Shown here one piece after another: positions 41,188-54,895 of a DNA stretch of 64,000 nt. Position 1 is the first letter of the stretch. The number at the start of each line of letters is the position of its first letter. Below the pieces are notes generated by a model. The model searched no databases and was not told the DNA's origin. It was given only the letters and a program-made list of their open reading frames with translations. This DNA is from the human T2T-CHM13v2.0 reference genome, Homo sapiens, in NCBI RefSeq assembly GCF_009914755.1, contig NC_060927.1. One strand, written 5' to 3'. A program made the position numbers and the translations under genes.

Positions 41188-42201
41188 TTACAATTTGGTA
41201 TGTTTTTGCAGTGGCTGGTACCAGTTGTTCCTTTCCATGTTTAGTGCTTCCTTCAGGAGCTCTTTTAGGGCAGGCCTGGTGATGACAAAGTCTCTCAGCA
41301 TTTGCTTGTCTGTAAAGGATTTTATTTCTCCTTCATTTATGAAGCTTAGTTTGGTTGGATATGAAATTCTGGGTTGAAAATTCTTCTCTGTAAGAATGTT
41401 GAATATTGGCCTCCCCTCTCTTCTGGCTTGTAGAGTTTCTGCCGAGAGATCAGCTGTTAGTCTGATGGGCTTCCCTTTGTGGGTAACCCGACCTTTCTCT
41501 CTGGCTACCCTTAACATTTTTTCCTTCATTTCAACTTTGGTGAATCTAACAATTATGTGTCTTGGAGTTGCTCTTCTTGAGGAATATCTTTGTGGCATTC
41601 TCTGTATTTCCTGCATTTGAATGTTGGTCTGCCTTGCTAGGTTGGGGAAGTTCTCCTGGATAATATCCTGCAGAGTGTTTTCCAACTTGGTTGCATTCTC
41701 CCCATCACTTTCAGGTACACCAATCAGATGTAGATTTGGTCTTTTCACATAGTCCCATATTTCTTGGAGGCTTTGTTCATTTCTTTTTATTCTTTTTTCC
41801 CTAAACTTCTCTTCTTGCTTCATTTCATTCAATTGATCTTCATTCACTGATGCCCTTTCTTCCAGTTGATCGAATCGGCTACTGAAGCTTGTGCATTTGT
41901 CACGTATTTCTCGTGCCATGGTTTTCAGCTCCATCAGGTCCTTTAAGGACTTCTCTGCATTGGTTATTCTAGTTAGCAATTAGTCTAATCTTTTTTCAAG
42001 GTTTTTAACTTCTTTGCAATGGGTTCGAACTTTCTCCTTTAGCTCGGAGAAGTTTGATCGTCTGAAGCCTTCTCTCAACTCGTCAAAGTCATTCTCTGTC
42101 CAGCTTTGTTCCATTGCTGGTGAGGAGCTGTGTTCCTTTGGAGGAGGAGAGGTGCTCTGATTTTTATAATTTTCAGTTTTTCTGTTCTGTTTTTTCCCCA
42201 C
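41188..42201 (-). pseudogene. L1 ORF1 (RNA-binding chaperone), start ATG>GTG and one internal stop
   Basis: GKKQNRKT... continues in frame through TAA at 41980-41982 into ...EIWDYVKRPNLHLIGVPE...RPALKELLKEAL. Confidence 0.95.
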
Positions 42202-43047
42202 GTTTGTGGTTTTATCTACCTTTGGTCTTTAATGATACTGACATACAGATGGGGTTTTGGTGTGGATGTCCTTTCTGTTTGTTAGTTTTCCTTTTAACAG
42301 TCAGGACCCTCAGCTGCAGGTCTGTTGGAGTTTGCTGGAGGTCTGCTCCAGACCCTGTTTGCCTGGGTATCAGCAGCAGAGGCTGCAGAACAGGGAATAT
42401 TGCTGAACAGCAAATGTTGCTGTCTGATCGTTCCTCTGGAGGTTTCATCTCAGAGGGGTACCTGGCTGTGTGAGGTGTCAGTCTGACCCTACTGGGGGGT
42501 GCCTCCCAGCTAGGCTACTTGGGGGTCAGGGACCCACTTGAGGAGGCAGTCTGTCTGTTCTCAGATCTCAAACTCCATGCTGGGAGAACCACTACTCTCT
42601 TCAAAGCTGTCAGACAGGGACATTTAAGTCTGCAGAGGTTTCTGCTGCCTTTTGCTCGGCTATGCCCTGCCCCCAGAGGTGGAGTCTACAGAGGCAGGCA
42701 GGCCTCCTTGAGCTGCGGTTGGCTCCACCCAGTTCGAGCTTCCCGGCCGCTTTGCTTTGTTTACCTACTCAAGCGTCAGCAATGGCGGGCGCCCCTCCCC
42801 CAGCCTTGCTGCCACCTTGCAGTTCGATCTCAGACTGCTGTGCTAGCAATGAGCAAGGCTCCGTGGGCGTGGGACCCTCCAAGCCAGGTACAGGATATAA
42901 TCTCCTGGTGTGCCATTTGCTAAGACCATTGGAAAAGCGCAGTATGAGGGTGGGAGTGACCTGATTTTCCAGGTACCATCTGTCACAGCTTTGCTTGGCT
43001 GTGAAAGGGAATTCCCTGACCCCTTGCGCTTCCCGGGTGATGCAATG
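42202..43047 (-). promoter_or_regulatory. L1 5' UTR internal promoter region (antisense promoter part present; 5' YY1 site absent)
   Basis: L1PA 5' UTR sequence; the GCCAAGATGGCCG 5' terminus is not present. Confidence 0.7.
42662..42964 (+). CDS. L1 antisense ORF0-like frame (canonical ATG at 42782, 60 aa; upstream in-frame ATG gives 100 aa); expression unknown
   Basis: MAGAPPPALLPPCSSISDCCASNEQGSVGVGPSKPG...RVGVT matches recalled primate ORF0 (MAGAPPPASLPPCSLISDCCASN...). Confidence 0.45.
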   Translation: MPCPQRWSLQRQAGLLELRLAPPSSSFPAALLCLPTQASAMAGAPPPALLPPCSSISDCCASNEQGSVGVGPSKPGTGYNLLVCHLLRPLEKRSMRVGVT

Positions 43048-43204
43048 TGGTTATCAATGACAACTTGCTACTCAGCTAGCTACTATTAATAACAACATAT
43101 TTTTCACTCATCTGGTCATTCAAAACCAAAAGCCTTTGCTAATTTCTTCTGTAAAAGTGGTATTTCTTCATTTGATGGTAAATGTAAGATGCATTTCAAT
43201 TTTC

Positions 43205-43241
43205 ACTATGCTTGATCTTAGCCAAAAGGCCGAGCAATGAT
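43205..43241 (-). pseudogene. RNU2: U2 snRNA 5' fragment pseudogene (nt 1-37, no poly(A))
   Basis: Minus strand ATCATTGCTCGGCCTTTTGGCTAAGATCAAGCATAGT versus U2 ATCGCTTCTCGGCCTTTTGGCTAAGATCAAGTGTAGT (32/37, 24-nt perfect core); degenerate 15-bp TSD at 43190-43204 and 43242-43256. Confidence 0.9.
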
Positions 43242-43797
43242 TGTAGTTCAATTTTTAGATAAAATGTGAATAAAAATAGATATCTTAGGAAAAAGAAATT
43301 TCAAAACATCAGAGAAAAATAATAAGTTAAGCCCCAAGCTGAGTGTAGTCATTCGTTTTCTAAGGAGGGTGTGGAGGGGAAGGATGTCATAATTCATATT
43401 AGCAATATGTCTCCACTTCTCTCTTCCTTCCCCTCAAAGACTGATGGGGAAAAAAACTGAAATTTCAAAGCCTCTGCCCATTTTTATCTGCAGATAGTCT
43501 GGACTCTGGAGCCAAAGCCTATCATTGTAGAAGGCCAGCATTTAAGCTTCTGGGGAGTGGAAATGTCTCTGATGCTCCAGAGCCTTGTAGTGGATGGAAA
43601 ACTTACTTGTTCTGCATCATAAGATGAGGAAAATTTAGTTTGTTGGCGGTCTAGGGGAGAAAAGTGTCCAAAGGGGAGAAGCACGGAGCGTGAAGTCATG
43701 AAGGGAGTAAGAAACCATGGCAGGAGGCCAGAGCCTCCTGGGAGAGAGGTGCCCAGTGGGAAATTCCAGTCATTAGGGTGGCCAAAGGACTTTATCC

Positions 43798-44105
43798 TTT
43801 TTTTTTTTTTTTTTTTTTTGAGACAGAGTCTCGCTCTGTCGCCCAGGCTGGAGTGCAGTGGCGCAATCTGGGCTCACTGCAAGCTCCGCCTCCTGAGTTC
43901 ATGCCATTCTTCTGCCTCAGCCTCCCCCGTAGCTGGGACTACAGGTACCCGCCACCAGGCCTGGCTAATTTTTTTTGTATTTTTTTTAGTAGAGACAGGG
44001 TTTCTCCATGTTAGCCAGGATGGTCTTGATCTCCTGACCTTGTGATCCTCCTGCCTTGGCCTCCCAAAGTGCCAGGATTACAGGCATGAGCCTCCGCGCC
44101 TGGCC
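43798..44105 (-). mobile_element. AluY
   Basis: GCAAGCTCCGCC, TTAGCCAGGATGG; TSD AAAGGACTTTA at 43784-43794 and 44107-44117. Confidence 0.95.
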
Positions 44106-44149
44106 GAAAGGACTTTAATAACAAGGATATTTGAAGTTCAACTTTCAGT

Positions 44150-44958
44150 TGTTTGCCATGTGATGCCACCATGTATCCTGGCCTTCATACACATCATCCC
44201 AAAAGTCAGAAAAACTGCTGCTGCACCTGAGGCTTATAAAGGGTAAGAGGTCTGTCACCCCCTTCTCTTCTCAAAGGGTCTCCTGGAAATAGAATGGACC
44301 CGAGTTTTTACTGTAACTCTTTGAACATGGATAAATCTCCCCAGTGGCTAGAGAACCCGCATTTCTTGTTTCACTATGCAGAGAAGTCTCCAAAGTCTAG
44401 GCCTCACCACCCCTTGAAATGTCAACACACACCCCTGGACTTAACCTAAAAGCCTATCTTGAGATATAACTAGTTGTCTCCCAAGAAGGTAAGAGACATT
44501 GTATTATTTTTTCTTCTGCTTTACAGAATTAATTGTGTGAAATTTCATCATGAGTGCTTTGGGAGGCCGAGCATGACTTTTGAGGTCAGGAGTTCAAGAG
44601 CTGGGCAACATAGAGAGACCTCGTCTCTAAAAAAAAAAAAAAAAAAAAAAAAAGTTAGGCACGGTGGAGTGCACCTGTAGTCCTAGACACTTGGGTGGCT
44701 GAGGCAGGAATATCACTTGAGTCCAGGAGTTTGAGGTTACAATGAGCTATGATCATGCCACTACACTCCTGCCTGGGAAATAGAGCAAGACCCTCTCTCT
44801 AAAAAAAAAAAAAATTCAACCTGACTTCATAGTGACTCACAGGCAGCTAGTACACATGTACTCTATTGTGCTCATTCAGTAATAAATCTGTTTCCTTCTT
44901 TCTACATTAATGTGAAGAAGTCTCTCTTTGTTGGTAGGAATTTTATTTTCCCAAAACA
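44150..44958 (+). mobile_element. Old ERV LTR (split by AluJ), family uncertain
   Basis: AATAAATCTG near the end and a ...TTTTCCCAAAACA terminus; LTR-like composition. Confidence 0.4.
44553..44815 (+). mobile_element. AluJ, 5'-truncated, expanded mid-A tract
   Basis: GCTTTGGGAGGCCGAG...A-run...GAGGTTACAATGAGCTATGATCATGCC. Confidence 0.88.
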
Positions 44959-45239
44959 TGCAAATTACTTATTTTATACTTTAGGAGGAAGTCAAGAAGG
45001 AGATGTGACCTATGTGAGACCATGCTCTGGAGAAGAGAGACCGCATCAACAGCCAGACATCTTTACATGTAAATGATTCATCAGAAGCAAAAATTTGGAG
45101 TCAGAGAAGACAAGGAGAAATGTAGTCATCTCCCCACCCCAACACACTTAGGGCTTAACTTGGAGTGGTTGGGGGCATGCGAATCAACTGACTAAGATAA
45201 AAGACAAGGTTTGTTCACATGGATGGAAGTACACAGTAG

Positions 45240-45619
45240 GGAGCACCTTGGTGAACAGCTAGGAGTAAGAGCCTATGTATCTGTTTACTTAAGGAAAAGT
45301 GGGGATGTAGGGCTTCAGTAGGAAAGTATCGAAAGTTCTATTAGGTTTTTTTCATCCTGATACGAATGGACAGTCTCCTTCCTGGTTGGAAACTCCCCTA
45401 GAGGGAGATTTATGGCAGCTGAATTTGCACCTCCCCAAAGAGTCAGTCATCTTCCAAAGAGCAAGCCCTCACAGGAAGTTAAATGGAAGTTGTATTTTTG
45501 GGAGGCTCTGCTTTAGTGAGCTAAGGGAAGTTCAGAGAAGCTTTTTTTCTGCATCTACTGCAACTCATATGTTTTCCATTTAAAGTAATTTTTATACTGG
45601 CGAGTTTTAATCCCTTCAT
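45240..45619 (-). mobile_element. Old ERV1 LTR fragment (MER34/MER89-group-like)
   Basis: GAGGGAGATTTATGGCAG...TTTGGGAGGCTCTGCTTT...TAAGGGAAGTTCAGAGA...ATCCCTTCA terminus. Confidence 0.45.
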
Positions 45620-46025
45620 CTCTTTATGTATGTAGAGATAGAGATAGATATAGTTAGATATACAAAGAGAGAATATACATATTTTTCTGAACCATTTTTT
45701 CCTACCACATTTACCCCTAAAACTTGTCTATTTTCTAAGAATAGGGGTGTATCACTTATATGCCCATAGTTCAGTTATCAACTTTAGTAGACTTAACATT
45801 AATATAATACTTTTTCTTAATCTACCATCCATATTCCAATTTTGTCAATTGACCCCATAATGTATTTTATAGCATTTTTCCCGTGTCTAGCACAGGATCC
45901 AGTCTAGGATTAGGTATTATATTTTGTTGCCAGGTCTCTTTATTCTCCTTTAATATGGAACATTTCCTTGTCTTTTTTTGTATTTAAAAAAATTTTTTTT
46001 TCTATATAGGATGAACGGATGGATG

Positions 46026-46494
46026 TGTGAAAGGAAAATAAATCTTGGAGCCCCCAAATCACTAAGCTAAAGGGAAAAGTCAAGCTGGGAACTGCTTAGG
46101 GCCAACCTGCCTCCCATTCTACTCAAAGTCACCCCTCTGCTCACTGACACAGATGCATATCTGATTGCCTCCTTCGGAAAGGCGAATCAGAAACTCAAAA
46201 GAATGCAACCATTTGTGCCTCACCTATTTGTGACCTGTAAGCCTCCTCTCTGCTTCAAGTCTTCCTAGCTTTGCTTCAAGTTGTCCCGCCTTTCCAGACC
46301 GAAACAGTGTACTTCTTACATATGTTGTTTGATGTCTCGTGTCTCCTTAAAATGTATAAAACTAAGCTGTGACTGAGCACCTTGGGCACATGTTGTCAGG
46401 ACTTCCTGAGGCTGTGTCACGGGCACATCCTCAACTTTGGCAAAATAAACTTTCTAAATTAACTGAGATCTGTCTCAGAATTTCTGGGTTCATA
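46026..46494 (+). mobile_element. MER4A1-like solo LTR
   Basis: TGTGAAAGGAAAATAAATCTTGG...GGCAAAATAAACTTTCTAAATT...GGGTTCATA; flanks GATG/GATT. Confidence 0.88.
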
Positions 46495-46495
46495 G

Positions 46496-46836
<341 letters not shown>

Positions 46837-47867
46837 TGACATTGCCATTTTTGAAAAAACAATCCCTTTTTAAAAAAAAAACTAGAATGTTCCTTATTTT
46901 GAGTTTGTCTGATACTTCCTCATGATTAGTTTCAGAGTATGCATTCTGGCCAGAATAGCACATTAGTGATGTTGTCCTCAGGGAGTCACACCTAGAAGCA
47001 TATAATCTGTGTGTCAAATGCCCCTTATTTGTGATGTCAATTTTGATCTGCTGGTCAAGGTATTGTCTGAGTTGTTCAAATGATAGTAGTTTTTTTCTCT
47101 TATTCCTAATAAGCAATCTATGGGAAGATATCATAAGGTCATCCAAATATCCTGCTCCTCATCAAAAATTTATCTCTAGATTTAGCATCTATTGATAATT
47201 TTTGCCCAAATGAATCAATATTTACTGTGTTGGCAGAAAAAAAATGAAGATTTTCCAGTTCAATTACTCTTTTCACATTTACAATTCAGCACTTGGCATT
47301 CTTGCATAAGCAAGACCTCTTCTTTCTTTACATATTTATCTACATGTTATTAGCATGGACTAATGAAATTACTAGGTTTTTTTGTTTGTTTGTTTGTTTT
47401 TTCCCAATGGTTGGTGCTCAAATTGTCCTATATTTGATGAATGGGAGCCCCTTCAAGCTGGCTCCTGTGTTCTCGTGTCATGCCCTATCATTTTGAGCAG
47501 TTCCTTACTCTTTGACCTAATAAGTTGCTTCAGGCTCACCTTGTACCTTTTCTGGCCCACCCATTTCGTCCAAGAGCCTTTGAAGAAAGGCTCTTTACTA
47601 GGGAATGGTGTCAGAATCCAACATCTGAGTTCTAAGTCCTAATAATGTTTTAAGGATAGATTCTTAGGATTATAATTTTTTTTTTTTTTTGGTCACAGTA
47701 TAGTTTTGGAGATTCTTTATATGTATCACCAAACTGCTTCCTGGAAATGTACTGATTTATTCTCCTACCTGCAGTGCATAAGAACGCACTTCTCTTTCCA
47801 TGCTCACTAACATTACCTTTTTCCTAACTTTTCAGGTAGAAAAGTATATAATAATTTTTGTTTCCTA

Positions 47868-48143
47868 GATGATGATGATGATGATGATTATTATTATTAT
47901 TTGAGACAGAGTCTCCCTCTGTCGCCCAGGCTGGAGTGCAGTAGCTCAATCTCGGCTCACTGCAACTTCCGCCTCCCAGGCTCAAGTGACTTCCCCAGCT
48001 GAGCCTCCCAAGCTGGAAACGTAGGTGCCATAACACCTTGTCTAATTTTTGTATTTTTTTGCAGAGACAAAATTTCGCCATGTTGCCCAGGCCAGTCTTG
48101 AGCTCCTGGACTCAGCTATCTACCTGCCTTGGCCTCCCGAATG
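47868..48143 (-). mobile_element. AluJb, 5'-truncated, tail converted to (ATG)n(ATT)n
   Basis: GATGATGAT...ATTATTATT then GAGACAGAGTCTCCCTCTGTCGCCCAGG. Confidence 0.9.
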
Positions 48144-48205
48144 TTTCCTAGATTACTAATAAGGTTTGTTCATTTATTACCTGTTTTCATTAAATTATCT
48201 GTTCA

Positions 48206-48515
48206 GGCTGGGCGCAATGGCTCACGCCTGTAATGCCAGCACTTTGGGAGGCCAAGGCGGGTGGATCTCCTGAGGTCGGGAGTTTGAGACCAGCCTGGCC
48301 AACATGGTGAAACCCTGTCTCTAATAAAAATACAAAAATTAGCCAGGCGTGGTAGCCTGCACCTGTAATCCCAGCTACTCAGGTGGCTGAGACAGGAGAA
48401 TCACTTGAACTCGGGAGGTGGAGGTTGCAGTGAGCTGAGATTACGCCACTGCAACTCCAGCCTGGGCACCACAGATTGGGACTCAGTCTCAAACAAAAAT
48501 AAATAAATAAATAAA
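48206..48515 (+). mobile_element. AluSx/Sz-like
   Basis: Full dimer, (AAAT)n tail, TSD TAA(A/G)TTATCTGTTCA at 48191-48205 and 48516-48530. Confidence 0.93.
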
Positions 48516-48907
48516 TAAGTTATCTGTTCATATTGTGCCTACTTTTATCAGAGCTTACAGTTTTATATCTGTATGAAGTGTTCTTATATTTGGGACAATG
48601 ATTTTGCTAGCTTATTTACATTTAAATTTTCTTTGTACTTTTACTTTACATTCAAGTATTTGATGTTTATATTGAGTCAAATCTGTCCATCCTTTCCTTT
48701 GTGATTTTTTTCCCATTGCTGTAATGCTTAGGGTATATTTTTATAGAGCAATAATAAATATTTTAGTGTTAATTATATTCTTGCTGCCCAAATTAAAAAA
48801 GACTCTCTTTTTTTGTGGAAAAGAGTGGAGAAGGAAGAGTGTTGATTCGTTCCAAAGAGAATTTAATAGTAGTAACAGTTATTACTACTGTAACTGTTAA
48901 TGAAAAA

Positions 48908-48910
<3 letters not shown>

Positions 48911-48952
<42 letters not shown>
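48911..48952. repeat. Perfect (TG)21 microsatellite
   Basis: Directly visible. Confidence 0.97.
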
Positions 48953-48955
<3 letters not shown>

Positions 48956-49600
48956 CTTAAGAGTTCTGTTAACATCAAGACTGTTCCTTGACTTTCTCCT
49001 TAGGGTCAGGTATAGTTAAAAGGTAAAATAATATTAAGCAAAACATTGTTATTTTTACAAAAGACTAAATGGGCTAAAGATACCCTCTAGTGGAAGGTTA
49101 GTAGGTCCTTCTCTACAATCAAACTGACAGCACAGAAAATCTAGTATCCCTCAATTTTATAAAATGCTCTACATATTCAATTGTTATATGGGGCTTTTGC
49201 TTTTTTATGAATAATAGGATCAATAACAGAGTTAAGAAATTAATTTCCTCATAGTTCATATGTTCTTTTTGAAGGGATTTTGTTTACTTTGATTGCTTCC
49301 AAGATGCATTATCCTATAAACAACAACAACCAAATTATCATGGTAACCAAATTCTATTTTCTCTGTTCAAAAAAGATATTAGTTATTCAATCTACTCTTT
49401 CTGGTAAGCTTATACAAGTAAATATTGGCATGTTCAATATATAATCTGAATGTGTTATCAGAATCTGCTTTAATGTTACGAAAAATTGCTTTAATATTAT
49501 GAAAGAAAATATTTTGCAAAGTCATCAACATAACTAATGTCAAAATAAATACCTAAAAAAGGATGAGCGAAATGCTTATTTTATGACTTTCAGGGTTAAT

Positions 49601-49655
49601 GTTCTTGAAAAAGAGATTTCTCTGTAGAGTTCTTGAAAAAGAGATTACTCTGTAG
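49601..49655. repeat. 28-bp-period tandem duplication
   Basis: GTTCTTGAAAAAGAGATT(T/A)CTCTGTAG twice. Confidence 0.93.
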
Positions 49656-50444
49656 CCTTAGAGGCTACCCCAGCATCTTGTTCATAGTGGAAATCAATAA
49701 ACATTACTGGTAGGAGAGGAGACAAGTTATTTCCTAATCATCTGATGTAAAATCTCTTTTGGATAAATTATTAAGATGATTGGAGTGGCAAGATATCTGT
49801 AAAATGCTAAAGTTCATTGCTTCACTTATTTAAAATATCCTATAAGATTCACACATAGACAGCCCCTTTGTTATGACAAAAGTACAAATAGTACTGAAGT
49901 ACAATAGTAAAAGCATGGCCTTTTCAATAAATTGTTCTGGGGCAATTGGATACCTATATGGACAAGAAAGGAATCTTAGCTTCTGCATCACACCATATAC
50001 AAAAATCAACTCCAGGTTGATCGTAGATCTAACTGTGAAAGGTGAAACAGCAAAGCTTCTGGAAGAAAACATGAACAGCTAGGGGATGGCAACTATTTCT
50101 CAAACAGGGCACAAAAAGCACTAACCATAAAGGAAAAGATTGCCACATTGGACTAAATGAAAATTGATAGCTGCTTTACATAGAAAACACTGTTAAGACA
50201 GTGAAAAGGCAACTCATTCACTAGGGGAAGATATTAGCAATACATATATTCAATTAAGGACTCTTATGACGAGTATGTGAAGAATTCCTACAAATCAGTA
50301 AGAATAAAACAGTAGATAAATGGGCAAAAGACTTAATAGGGACTTCACAAAAAAAGACATTCTAGTGACCAATACACTGATGAAAATGTGTTCAGCTTCT
50401 TTGACTAAGAAAAGTAAATTCATATCACAATGTGACCACTACAA

Positions 50445-51566
<1,122 letters not shown>

Positions 51567-52154
51567 CAACCTACCAAAATGAAAAGATAGCCCATACTAA
51601 GTGAGGCCATATGACCTGACAATTCAATTCCTAGATATATATCCAACAGAAACATACAAATATATTCACCAACAATGTGTACAAGAATGTTCATAGCAGC
51701 ACTATTTGTAATAGCCTTGAAATGCAAGCAACCCAGAAGTTCATCAATAATAGAATAAAGTATGATCTACCCAAAACAAGAATGAACAAACTATTGTTAC
51801 ATGTACCAATATGGATGAGTATCATAAACATAATGTTGAGTGAAATAAGTCAGACCCAAAGATATACATGATGTATGTTTGTATTTATATAAAGTTCAAA
51901 ATAGGCAAAAGTAATCTATAGTATGAAAGTCAGGCTAGCAGCTCCTCTTGGGGTCAGAGTCCAAGGGGGCATCCAGTGTCCTGGTTATGTTCATTTTCTT
52001 ATTTTGGTAGTTACAAGTATTTCTAGTTTGTGAAAATTTATTAAACTGTAAAATTTAAGATCCGTGCACTTTTCTGTGGTTGTTACATTTCAATGGTTCA
52101 CTTTAAAACACTTAAAGCACCACTGCTTAAATTTAAAAAAATAAAACTGACCTA

Positions 52155-52501
<347 letters not shown>

Positions 52502-54689
52502 TTACTTTTTAAGCAAGTAAGCTAATTTAATTACATCTGAAGGAGTAGAAGAGTAGAAACCAGTAGGTTAAGTAACGGGGTACCATTATTTCACCGTGAG
52601 ACCCAGTACAAAAAATTTTATTCCTTTCGTGACTCAGTCTTTTCTAACACAAAACAGCAGTATTGGTGGGCTATACAAACCAGAAAATGGTTGAAAGAAA
52701 AATCTTACCAAATATCTTCATTAATCTTAAAAATTTCAGTACAGAATTAATGACAGATAAAAAGAAAATAAAAGAAAAAATGAATCCAAAAATAGCTAAA
52801 CTTTTCATGCATCTAAATTACATCAGAAAATAATGTATCTAATACAATTCTACATTTTCCACATACGAAATTAATGATAAGAATGAAATAGCTTTTTAAA
52901 AAGTTTTCAAAGACATAATGTCTTCATTTTTTTTTCTTTCGGCCTGAAGCCACAGAGAGAAAACAGCTGCAAGCTAATAAAATGGCGAGGAAAGGAGTGC
53001 TTCTTAGTAAAAGTTATGGTTAAATGGTTAAACGAACGGTAGAAATGGAGTGAGGAACCCATCACCCATAAACTCAGTAGAAGGGAAGGAGTAGGTTTCT
53101 GCTGAGTAGGAGTGAATTTAACATTATATATTGCAGATAAAAATATTTTCCCGAGATTATTAATTCCCCTAGATCTAGACCTAGGTTTTCAAGTTAGTAA
53201 CAATTTACTTCTGAAGGATTTCTCCCTTCATATAGAGCACACCAAAATATTACATACAAAAGGACATTAGCCACTGTTACCACACAAAGATCTCCTCTTC
53301 TAGAAGCTTTCTGCTACAGCATATTTCACATTTCATATATTTTATGCCTGTTTTGCCCTAGACATTCCATCCTATGTGAGTTACTTGGCAGAATTTAGTT
53401 TAAGGATATGTGGAAATGTCTAAAACAGTAATCATGTTAGATGGATGTGTAAGAAAGAAAGCCTTTCTTCAGGGTTAGCCTTACATTTTGGTCAAGGATG
53501 AGAACCATTGCTGGACATCAGCTTGTCAATAAATCTACCTATCTCCTTTGAAAGGAGTCTTTAATCAGCAATCAAAGGTCATAGAATTATGGTAGATATT
53601 TGACTCAGCACATATAACATTTTGACAAATATAAAAAATTGGTTCAAATTGACTGAACAGCCAAAGACATTACTTGGGTAAATCAAACAAGGTTTACATA
53701 TCTGAATGTGCAGCACGAAGTCAGAGCAGTTAGGATATGTAGCAAAGAGATCAGCTCTTAATCTTTATTAACAGACAGAAGTGCTTACACTCGAGAATCC
53801 CTCCGATGGGCCACATCAGCAGATACACAACTGAGGATAGTAAGTTTGAGCAAGTGATGCTCACATTAGACCTTTTGAAGGTCAACTGCCCCTTCAGACC
53901 TAGTCTTACATGCATGATGCTAAAGACTGCGCCCTAGCCAGGTGTATCTAATTCATTGCAGAGTATACATGATATACAGTACACGTGCAGGAATAGGTAA
54001 CAGAGTACTTGTATGCCTAAATAAACTTCTTAGTCTTTACTCTCAACCTCTCCAAGCTAAAGCAGCTTGGGCCAGATATGACCCTCAATACCATGCTGTG
54101 AAGTTAAAGCAAGCATCTATTCCCCAGATGGCCCTGGGAGTCATGGTAATGCACCCTTGGACCAGCTCTAAGACCTAATCTGCAGGCCTAGATTTACTCA
54201 TTTTGGCAACAAATATGTATGAGAATCATGAGTTAGAAGAAGAACAAAAAAAGGTTGTGCAAAATATCTTCCCCAGTCATTGACTGTCCAATTACATAGT
54301 CATTTAGCATAAAAAGACAATTCTATATCATTATTTTGTATGCTGTTTTGTTGTGTTTGTTTTTACCTTCTAAATCTATGCATTGAGATATGAAGAGATT
54401 TATATCTAGCCATCTTTCATCACTTTAAGGCATCCTTTCATCAGGTGAAATGCTTATTTGCTTTGGACATGTCCTGCCTTTCAACCCAGTTTTGAATGAT
54501 TGGATGCCAAGTTGTAGTGTCTCAGTGGAATCTCAACACTTCGGGCCTAACAATGGATTAATTCATAATATCTGAGCCTGCATAATAATGCTAGAAGTTA
54601 CACATTTCTGCCTAAAGCTTAGCCTACCTTAACTACTCTTTCATGATGAAACTCTTCTGCATCCGGGGTCACTCTGCTGAGGCAGAGAG

Positions 54690-54895
54690 CTGATTTGGAT
54701 CAGGACACAGGCTCAAACCCTGGCTTTACCACCTGCTAGCTTTGTAATCTCTTTTAAGTCCCATAGACTTTGAGCTTTGCTTCTTTCATCAGTAAAATGG
54801 GATTGAATCTACCTCATAAGTTTATAGGACAGTTGAGATGTTTGTAAACTTGTAAAGAACAGTGCCTGACACATAGTCTATGTTCAATAACTATC
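54690..54895 (+). mobile_element. MIR
   Basis: GGGCTCAAACCCTGGCTTTACCAC...TTTCATCAGTAAAATGGGAT...AGAACAGTGCCTGACACATAGT. Confidence 0.75.

Noticed and set aside
53775-53839. Possible 65-nt exon (TTAACAG...GATA|GTAAGT)
   Set aside because: Weak pyrimidine tract and no partner exon or homology; splice-like motifs alone are insufficient.
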